A stretch of 64,000 nucleotides of DNA from Eledone cirrhosa (Eukaryota), in assembly GCA_964016885.1 (NCBI GenBank), contig OZ024743.1, positions 50,592,001 through 50,656,000 on the forward strand, written 5' to 3'. The notes under the pieces are model-generated. The model had not been told where the DNA came from and did not search any database. It was given only the letters and a program-made list of their open reading frames with translations. Each line of letters begins with the position of its first letter. The first letter of the stretch is position 1. The position numbers and the translations under genes were made by a program. Below, in pieces: positions 53,940 to 64,000 of this stretch.

Positions 53940-54185
53940 TTTTGAGTTTATGTTGGTTGTATACCAACACCTCAGTATGCAGGCTGGAGCACTCGACGAA
54001 GTGCGCAGGTTGGTTTGGTTACTCCGGAGTAGTGTAAAATAAAGTTAAATAAAAGTCAAATGATTAAAATATGACTCCAGTTCCCCAGTGAATTAACAAC
54101 CCAACAAGGAACTGGGCATATCAGAGTATTGACAATATCATACACCTAAACAACATATGTACTTGTCTATACCATACTAATTCAA

Positions 54186-54240
54186 ACTGCCTGAAGAGGT
54201 CACAGCCAAAGATGGCTGTCACTGAAATATATATAGCAGT
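54186..54240 (+). ncRNA. Type I hammerhead ribozyme motif
   Basis: ACTGC-CTGAAGA-(ACAGCC..GGCTGT)-GAAA-TATATA-TA-GCAGT immediately followed by AATAAA; unit bracketed by a 36-bp inverted repeat (54035-54070 / 54256-54291). Confidence 0.8.
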
Positions 54241-54284
54241 AATAAACGAAGCTAAATTTTAATCATTTGACTTTTATTTAACTT

Positions 54285-54445
<161 letters not shown>

Positions 54446-54518
54446 AAGATAGGGAAGCAATGGGAGAGACAGACAGGCAGACAGATTGAGAGAGAAAGAA
54501 ACACAAAGATATAAATAC

Positions 54519-54602
<84 letters not shown>

Positions 54603-54852
54603 TTTTATTTCCTGTAGAAATGGATTAATAAATTTAACCTATAATGACATTAATTATTATAATGTATGTATATGATATGCATTTTATTAATTAAATCAAA
54701 ATATTTATTAAAATAAAATTTTTAGATGTATTTTTAAAACAGCTGAGTTTTCAGTTCAGCAAAAGCTGCATACTTACAAACACGGGATTCGAGTTGAAAT
54801 TCCATATAAAATATAAAACATTACATACGTACTTTTATTATATATTATAGAA

Positions 54853-55635
54853 GGGTGGTGGATTGGCAGTATCGGAAGTGTGTTGGACATGATGCTGCGT
54901 GGAATAGTCCATTGAGGTCAAATCCCGCTGAGGTTAGCTTTGCCTTTCATCATTACTTGGTCGATAAAATAAAGTACCAGTAACGTACTGGGGTCGATTT
55001 AATTGGTTTTTCCCCTCTCTAAATCATTATATATTATACAGTCGGAGGATTGGCAGTATCGGTAGAAGGTCGGACACCATGCTTTGGAGCCTAGAGTTAC
55101 GCCCCTATATAGTCTGAGTTCAAATCCCGTCGAGGTTAACTTTGCCTTTCATCCTTACGGGGTTGATAAAATAAAGTACCAGTAATGTACTGGAGTAATT
55201 GCTGGCCTTGTGCCAAAAGTAGAAAAAATTATATATTACATAGTCATTACATAATGTAGAGTTATTTAGTATAAGCTAGAGGTCTGTTACTTATTCTCTC
55301 TCACCTCTTCTTCTCACGTAAATCACTAATCAATCACTTGTATGAGGGTCGGCTAAAACGTCCATAGGCTGACCAAGATACTCTCATGGAATGACCAAAT
55401 GAGGGTTATATTTCAACATAGTCCCTGGAAAGAAACAATGCAGTTATTAATGATTGTTTCTACTTTTGGCACAAGGCCAGCAATTACTCAGTACATTACT
55501 GGTACTTTATTTTATCGACCCCGTAAGGATGAAAGGCAAAGTAAACTTTGGCGGGATTTGAACTCAGACCATAAAAGGCCATAACTCTTTGCTGCAAAGA
55601 TGGCGTCCGACCTTCTACCGATACTTCCAATCCAA
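54853..55635. mobile_element. Cluster of three family B SINEs (+ 54853-55010, + 55043-55230, - 55452-55635)
   Basis: Similarity to 14267-14456. Confidence 0.85.
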
Positions 55636-56084
55636 TGCAGTCATTAATAAGACGAATTGAAATTAATAGATGCAAGATTTTACAGCTTTAGACACCATCT
55701 TTCATAGTCTGAAGTTTTCAATTTCTCGTTACAGAATCTAGCAAAGTTAATTGAATGACAATTTCACTGGTTTCGACAACGAATGTTCCATTTGTTTAAT
55801 CAAAGGAACCACCCGCTCATGAGAAGAACATGCAAATGACTGCGCATTCAAACGACGCGTGTAACTTCAACGTAATTGTCGGGAAGATTCCATGTGACAA
55901 AGCTGGCCCTTTGAATTGCAGGTATAATCCATATGATAGGCTTCCAAACAATTTACCTGTTCTAAATTTCACTCAAAAGTCTTAGGTTGACTGGTGGCTA
56001 TGTTTAATGACAATTGGCCAAGATTACACCTTATCTCATCCACACCGGAAGTTAGTGATTCTTAACTATTCTGCCATGCGGGGC

Positions 56085-56120
<36 letters not shown>

Positions 56121-56163
56121 CACGCACATACACACACATACATACACACAAAAACACACACAA

Positions 56164-56230
<67 letters not shown>

Positions 56231-56234
<4 letters not shown>

Positions 56235-57471
56235 GTGCGGATGCATTCATGTATATGTGTGTGTCCGCATGTATCTGTGTGTTTCTAAATATATTGTTAA
56301 TAACTCCCTCTGGTCGAGCAATCTTTGAAGTGTGGGGACTGCTGGAAAGCTTCCATTGCTCATACTTCTCGCCAACCTCACCACCTCTTCTACGGCTTCG
56401 ATATAAATACCCCCTCCGCCTCCGTGGTATTTTCTTCGGGGTTATAGGAGGCTTAGCTCTGTTTCTCGACCGTTATATCGCGTGACTGTCTCCCCCTCCG
56501 CCTTTTGGGATTCTTTCTCACGTCGTGTAGACGCGTTCTTGAGACTAGTAAAATGAGGTATCCTCTTGATAAGTCGGCAGACCTCGCAAGGACTCTATAT
56601 CTTTATGATGTATTGTTTTTGTTTATGCCACGAAACTACGTAGTCGAGGAATCTAGGAGCAGTTTGGGTATGATACATTTTATTACTAATTATATCTAAA
56701 TGTTTCTTCTCTCTTCATAATGTATTTTTAACTCTGATACTGGTTCAGTCTAGTTCAACCGGATTGGTCTGTCCCAGTCATTCATTGAGCAACATCGGTG
56801 AAGTTGGCACCCTTAACTCACGGTTGGGTGCGGATGCATTCATGTATATGTGTGTGTCCGCATGTATCTGTGTGTTTCTAAATATATTGTTAATAACTCC
56901 CTCTGGTCGAGCAATCTTTGAAGTGTGGGGACTGCTGGAAAGCTTCCATTACTCATACTTCTCGCCAACCTCACCACCTCTTCTACGGCTTCGATATAAA
57001 TACCCCCTCCGCCTCCGTGGTATTTTCTTCGGGGTTATAGGAGGCTTAGCTCTGTTTCTCGACCGTTATATCGCGTGACTGTCTCCCCCTCCGCCTTTTG
57101 GGATTCTTTCTCACGTCGTGTAGACGCGTTCTTGAGACTAGTAAAATGAGGTATCCTCTTGATAAGTCGGCAGACCTCGCAAGGACTCTATATCTTTATG
57201 ATGTATTGTTTTTGTTTATGCCACGAAACTACGTAGTCGAGGAATCTAGGAGCAGTTTGGGTATGATACATTTTATTACTAATTATATCTAAATGTTTCT
57301 TCTCTCTTCATAATGTATTTTTAACTCTGATACTGGTTCAGTCTAGTTCAACCGGATTGGTCTGTCCCAGTCATTCATTGAGCAACATCGGTGAAGTTGG
57401 CACCCTTAACTCACGGTTGGGTGCGGATGCATTCATGTATATGTGTGTGTCCGCATGTATCTGTGTGTTTC

Positions 57472-57478
<7 letters not shown>
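56231..57478 (+). mobile_element. 2.1 tandem copies of a 593-bp non-coding unit with a variant hammerhead (retrozyme-like)
   Basis: Units 56231-56823 and 56824-57416 are almost identical, plus a partial third; (TA)n on both flanks; HHR motifs at 56561-56650 and 57154-57243. Confidence 0.8.
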
Positions 57479-57530
<52 letters not shown>

Positions 57531-58437
57531 TTATATATATATTTACATACATACAACCATACATACATAAAACCATACATACATACATACATACAACCAT
57601 ACATACATACATACATACATACATACATACATACATACATACATACATACATACTTGCATACATACATACCTACATGCACATATATGGTGGCTGCCAACT
57701 CGTTTTCGAGTACGGCCACTACTTTATATCCATGTAGGAGAACCCCTACCGATGCGCTGAACGAGTGTGACTTTTTAGTCCAGCTAGCGACTTGAAAACT
57801 CTGCTATAAACACTACACTTGTGGCAATTATTGACACATAGTGCTGGGCCCATGGTAACATGTGACGACAAGTGCAGAGAAATCTCCAGATATGAAGCAA
57901 TGCCTGTGCCGTGAAGCTTTTATAGTGAGCAAAGGCACTGCACAAAACCAGTCCCACTCTGTTAACCAAGATGATATTTACCAAAAAGAAGAACAAGTCA
58001 ACATCATTGGATACCATCAGGGTTGCAGGTGTTATATCAGAGTTTTCCTTCTCCTAGAATTCTTCCTTGACAAAAGCTAAGGGGTCATCTCTCCCGGTGA
58101 TTTTGGATGGCCATTGACTCTTAAGAGCTCCTTTGCCCTTTGACAGGTTTTGTTTTTAGTCCTGCAGGATGTCCACAGTCACCCTCCTCACCAAGAAACC
58201 TTGGTGGGGTTGCAAGTTTAGTCGCCAACGACCCGCCCATGGGACAGGTTGTACTGGGATACATGTTACTAGTAGCACCAACTGGTGACCTGACATATAC
58301 ATATACATACATACATACATACGTACATACATACATACATACATACATACATACAACCATACAACCATACAACCATACATACATAGAGATATCTACTGAT
58401 AAAGTCGAAAATGACATTATCAATTTAACACCTCGAT

Positions 58438-59260
58438 ATGTGCAGCTGTACAACTGTGCAGCTGTACAACAGTGCAGCTATACAACTGTGCAGCTATACA
58501 ACTGTGCAGCTATACATCTGTACAGCTATACAACTGTACAGCTATACAACTGTACAGCTATACATCTGTACAGCTATACAACTGTACAGCTCTACAACTG
58601 TACAGCTATACAGTGGTGAAGCTATACAACTGTGCAACTATACAACTGTACAGCTATACAACTGTACAGCTGTATAACTGTACAGCTATACAACTGTACA
58701 GCTATACAGTGGTGCAGCTATACAACTGTGCAGCTATACAACTGTACAGCTATACAATTGTGCAGCTATACAGTGTTGCAGCTATGCAACTGTACATCTA
58801 TACAGTGGTGCAGCTATACAACTGTACAGCTATACAGTGGTGAAGCTATACAACTGTGCAGCTATAAAACTGTACAGCTATACAACTTTACTGCTATACA
58901 GTGGTGCAGCTATACAACTGTACAGCTATACAACTGTACAGCTATACAAGTGTACAGCTATACAACTGTACAGTTATATAACTGTACTGCTATACAGTGG
59001 TGCAGCTATACAACTGTGCAGCTATACAAGTGTACAGCTATACAACTGTACAGCTATACAACTTTACTGCTATACAGTGGTGCAGCTATACAACTGTGCA
59101 GCTATACAACTGTACAGCTATACAACTGTACAGCTATACAACTGTACAGCTATACAAATGTACAGCTATACAACTGTACAGCTATGCAACTGTGCAGCTA
59201 TACAACTGTGCAGCTATACAACTGTACAGCTATACAAATGTACAGCTGTACAGTGGTGTG
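58438..59260. repeat. 16-bp minisatellite (CTATACAACTGTACAG) with a self-complementary core
   Basis: Direct periodicity; CTGTACAG is palindromic. Confidence 0.93.
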
Positions 59261-59398
59261 GAACTGCATGTGCTACTATATGTCGGTGATTAAGCCGGGT
59301 GCAGTGAGGAACCGTCACGGTTCACTTGAAGGTTCCACCAGACTGAACTGACGTCTGCTGCAAATCAATGAAATGTCTTTGATGTCAACATGAATGGA

Positions 59399-60262
59399 GA
59401 TGGTGGTGGTGGTGGTGGTGGTGGTGGTGGTGGTGGTGGTGGTTGTGGTGGTGGTGGTGGTGGTAATGGCTGTAGTGGTGGTGATGGTGGTGATGGTGGT
59501 GGTGGTGGTGGTGCTAGTAGTTCTGGTGGTGGTGGTGGTGATGGTGGTGTTGGTGGTGGTGGTGGTGGTGGTGGTGGTGCTAGTAGTTCTGGTGGTGGTG
59601 GTGGTGATGGTGGTGGTGGTGGTGGTGTTGGTGGTGGTGTTGGTGGTGGTGGTGGTGGTGGTGGTGGTGGTGGTGGTGATGGTGGTAGTGGTGGTGGTGT
59701 TGGTGGTCGTGGTGGTGGTAGTGGTGGTGGTGGTGGTGGTTGTGGTGGTGGTATTGGTGGTGGTGGTGGTAGTGGTGGTGGTCGTAGTGGTAGTGTGTGT
59801 GTGGGGGGAGGAGTAGTGGTGGTGGTGGTAGTGGTGGTGGTAGTGGTGGTGGTCGTAGTGGTGGTTGTGGTTGTGGTTGTGGTGGTGGTATTGGTGGTGG
59901 TGGTGGTGGTGGTGATAGTGGTGGTGGTGCTAGTAGTTGTGGTGGTGGTGGTTGTGGTGGTGGTGGTTGTGGTGGTGGTAGTGGTGGTGGTGGTAGTGGT
60001 GTTGGTGGTGGTGGTAGGGTGGTGGTGGTGATAGTGGTGGTGGTAGTGGTAGTGGTCGTAGTGGTAGTGTGGGTGGGGGGAGGGGTAGTGGTGGTGGTGG
60101 TAGTGGTGGTGGTAGTGGTGGTGGTCGTAGTGGTGTTTGTGGTGTTTGTGGTTGTGGTGGTGGTGGTGGTGGTGGTGGTGGTGGTCGTCGTCGTAGTGGT
60201 AGTGTGTGTGTGGGAGGAGGGGTAGTGGTGGTGGTGGTAGTGGTGGTGGTGGTGGTGGTCGT
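59399..60262. repeat. (GGT)n G-rich tract with higher-order duplication
   Basis: GGT runs punctuated by a repeated GGTCGTAGTGGTAGTGTGTG..GGAGG block. Confidence 0.93.
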
Positions 60263-60814
60263 GCTGGTGGGTATTGTCTGTCTGGTTGTAGGAATGACCG
60301 ACGTTACGTCTGTACCTATCAACGTCTCTCTGCATGTATGTGAGTGCGTGTATATGTATATATGTAAGTTGTGTGTGTGTGCATGTGTGTGTGTGTGTAC
60401 ACATCGTGTTTTATGAGAGAGGGAGAAACAGACAGCAAACAGCAGACAGAAAAAAAACATACATATTTGACTACTGGGGTAGGAGGAGGAGGAGGAGGAG
60501 GGAGAGAGTGGGATGAGGGGATGAGGAAGAGGAGGGGGGAGAAGATAGTAATATGTAAATGAGAGGAATGTGGGTGAAGAACCTAATTTACCTGACGCCA
60601 TACCTGACTATCAATCGGTTGACAGTATTTTCTTTAAGATTTAGTCTGGTGGAAGTCCTAGTAATATGAACACATGACTTGCATCTTTAAATCTTAATAC
60701 ACTCGCCAAATATTCTACCAAGTTGTATAATATTTCATATTTGCATGTAATTGTGCATGTTTGTGTATATATCATTAAATCTGGTGGGTCTAAATTTGTA
60801 TGCCGTTTATGTGA

Positions 60815-60864
<50 letters not shown>

Positions 60865-60922
60865 CGTTTCTGAATTTGTTTAGCAAGATTCTTTATCTGA
60901 AATCGTGTGTTGAAACCGATAT

Positions 60923-61687
<765 letters not shown>

Positions 61688-62645
61688 TATATAATTGGAA
61701 ATCAGTAAAATCGAATAGCTTGACAGTCAAAGTAACTATGGTAGCACCACAGTACCACAACAGTCAAGGTAACTATGGTAGCACTACAGTTCATAATACA
61801 GTTGAGGTAACTATGGTAGCACTACAATTCATAATACAGTCGAGGTAACTATGGTAGCACTACAGTACCACACCAGTCCCTGCAAATACCCACTAAAACA
61901 AATAACATGCTCAACCAGCAAAACTCGAACAGAAGCCCTACAATTACCCATTAATCTAATCCAAACTCAATCCTGCTTAATTAACCGAGAAATCTATTCA
62001 TGGATGTATTTATACACGTATTTATATATATATGTATCTATACATTTATAAATATATTAGCTGAATGACCCGGGTTACTGCTGTTCTTATTCAGATTAGT
62101 AAACAATAAATATGAAGATATATTTTTTTCTCATAATTATTTCAAAATATCTATATTTTAAAAATATCAAAATTGTAACAGTAGGGGTAGTAACAGGAGT
62201 GGCAGTGGGAGTAGCAACAGGAGTGGCAGTGGGAGTAGCAATAGGAGTGGCAGTGGGAACAACATCACCGCCGACACCACCACCACTCATATAAACTGCT
62301 TTTCATACCCAAGCATCTCTGTCTGCTTAATATGCTTTTATACCTGTATTGTATTATGTGATACCTTTGTCATACTGTGATATATATGCTTAGTACCATT
62401 ACTTGTTTCTTACCTGGTTATTCTGTACATGCCTAATACCTCTGCACTCTTTCTATACGCTTGCATATGTACAGCTAATGTCCTCGTTTTGCGAGTATCT
62501 TTCTTATCTTTGTCGCATCCACTGATACTAACCACATCATCTTCACTCTTTAAATATGACATTGTTAATGACAACACTAACATCTATGTATCTTTACGAT
62601 TGTTCTGTGGAATAGGAGGTTAATATTATGTCTAAACTTTGCAAG

Positions 62646-62692
62646 TGCTCCGATGATTCCAAACTTTCGTTTGGAAGAAACGATTGTCAGCA
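62646..62692 (+). ncRNA. Hammerhead motif with a U4C core change
   Basis: TGCT-CCGATGA-TTCCAAAC/GTTTGGAA-GAAA-CGATTG-TC-AGCA, then AATAAA. Confidence 0.6.
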
Positions 62693-62859
62693 ATAAAATG
62701 TTTTGAACATAGTTTTGATTATTCTGTAATTTATTTTCCGGCTCTGTAAAACATCTGATGTATTTACATTGAGCTATTTTTCTTACTGGTAATAAGGTGG
62801 TAATGAATGACTGACTTTTCCTGTTTATAATTATATATAGTGTATATATAAGTATAAAT

Positions 62860-62949
62860 AATTGTTTCTACTTTTGGCACAAGGCCAGCAATTACCCAGT
62901 ACATTACTGGTACTTTATTTTATCGACCCCATAAGGATGAAAGGCAAAG

Positions 62950-62951
<2 letters not shown>
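62860..62951 (-). mobile_element. 3' half of a family B SINE
   Basis: Reverse complement of the SINE B tail. Confidence 0.8.
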
Positions 62952-63036
<85 letters not shown>

Positions 63037-63037
<1 letters not shown>

Positions 63038-63372
63038 GATATTAAATAAATGGAAACTATATTTATAAAACCATATTTATTTCATTATATATATTTCAGG
63101 GATATCATATTAAAAATATGGTATGCCTTCATCAGACAAAATACAATATAAACAGTCTTATAAATAGATAGATTTGACATACCTTACAACTTCAACTTCC
63201 ATTTTTGGAAGTTGAAGTTGTAAGGAATGTCAAATCTATCTATTTATAAGACTGTTTATATTGTATTTTGTCTGATGAAGGCATACCATATTTTTAATAT
63301 GATATCCCTGAAATATATATAATGAAATAAATATGGTTTTATAAATATAGTTTCCATTTATTTAATATCGTA
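63037..63372. mobile_element. ~335-bp near-perfect palindrome with two hammerheads
   Basis: Arms of ~165 bp with a centre at ~63203. Plus HHR 63264-63329: TATTTTGT-CTGATGA-..-GAAA-TATATA-TA-ATGAAATA; mirror at 63078-63143. Confidence 0.85.
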
Positions 63373-63455
63373 AATATACTCCAAATACTTGTTGAGTGCT
63401 TTTATATCAGTTATAATTATTTACTTGTTGTAACCCAACAATTTAAATAAAACTT

Positions 63456-63485
<30 letters not shown>

Positions 63486-63486
<1 letters not shown>

Positions 63487-64000
63487 TTCTTATTTGCTAA
63501 ACCTTGATTATATATGTTCTGGCTCGTTAATTTATTAACTAGCCATTGAACCACATTGGCATATGGTTGGACAATACATGTGTCCCTGGACGCTTTTTGC
63601 GTGTAGGGATATATACTTTATTATTATTAATCTCCTCTTGGTCGAGAAAAAATTTGGTCGTTTTGACTGCTGCTATTTATAGTGATAGTAGACTGACCTC
63701 CCTGCCTCTGCTTCTATCTTTACACACGGCACTGGACAGAATTGTTTCCACATCATACATTCTCATCTCGGAAACAATTTTGAATAGCGCCAGTTCGTAA
63801 TTTGAACTCGAGAATTTTATATTCTCCGAGTGAAAAGAACCTTCTGACGAGAGTTTATCTTTAAAATGGAAGGCCGCAAGGACTGTCCATTTATTTTTGA
63901 GACTCGAAACCGATTCGGTAAAGGTAACCATAGTGAGTACAGTGAATTTTTTGAAATTTATTTTGAAACTTTTTCTTATTTGCTAAACCTTGATTATATA
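63486..64000 (+). mobile_element. 486-bp non-coding unit starting to repeat at the window edge, with a canonical hammerhead
   Basis: TTTCTTATTTGCTAAACCTTGATTATATA at 63486 and again at 63972; starts at (TA)n. Confidence 0.7.
63839..63925 (+). ncRNA. Canonical type I hammerhead ribozyme
   Basis: ACCTT-CTGACGA-GAGT..ACTC-GAAA-CCGATTCGG-TA-AAGGT; all core nucleotides and G10.1-C11.1 are present. Confidence 0.88.

Noticed and set aside
59399-60262. Telomere-like or Gly-rich coding tract
   Set aside because: The repeat is GGT-based rather than TTAGGG and is open in all frames; best explained as a microsatellite

Overview
AT-rich eukaryotic (animal) genomic DNA with no recognisable intact host gene. 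The SINE families and microsatellite load resemble an octopod cephalopod (recalled similarity, not a database result). The window is a mosaic of mobile elements: two divergent near-full-length Tx1/L1-clade LINEs plus a 5'-truncated third (all minus strand, all disrupted); several Penelope-like elements (PLE; RT + GIY-YIG, probably Naiad-type, plus a second PLE-type RT fragment); non-autonomous and internally deleted Helitrons; CRE and RTE LINE fragments; two tRNA-derived SINE families; a pogo/Tigger-like MITE; a short solo LTR; and many micro- and minisatellites. Signals the ORF track does not explain: (1) about 20 type I hammerhead ribozyme motifs from several unrelated small non-coding units, arranged as fold-backs or head-to-tail tandems at (TA)n tracts, including a 593-bp retrozyme-like tandem whose core has a compensatory U3-A8 pair; (2) a conserved AG|GTAAGT donor plus pyrimidine tract at the ORF1/ORF2 junction of both Tx1 families, which could define a 35-38 nt micro-intron fusing ORF1 to ORF2 in frame; (3) a relic spliced BEN/DUF4806-like gene with ~90-110 nt introns inside a Helitron-like element; (4) a 36-bp minisatellite born inside an RTE reverse-transcriptase motif. 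All calls come from reading the sequence by eye; coordinates of degenerate elements are approximate.
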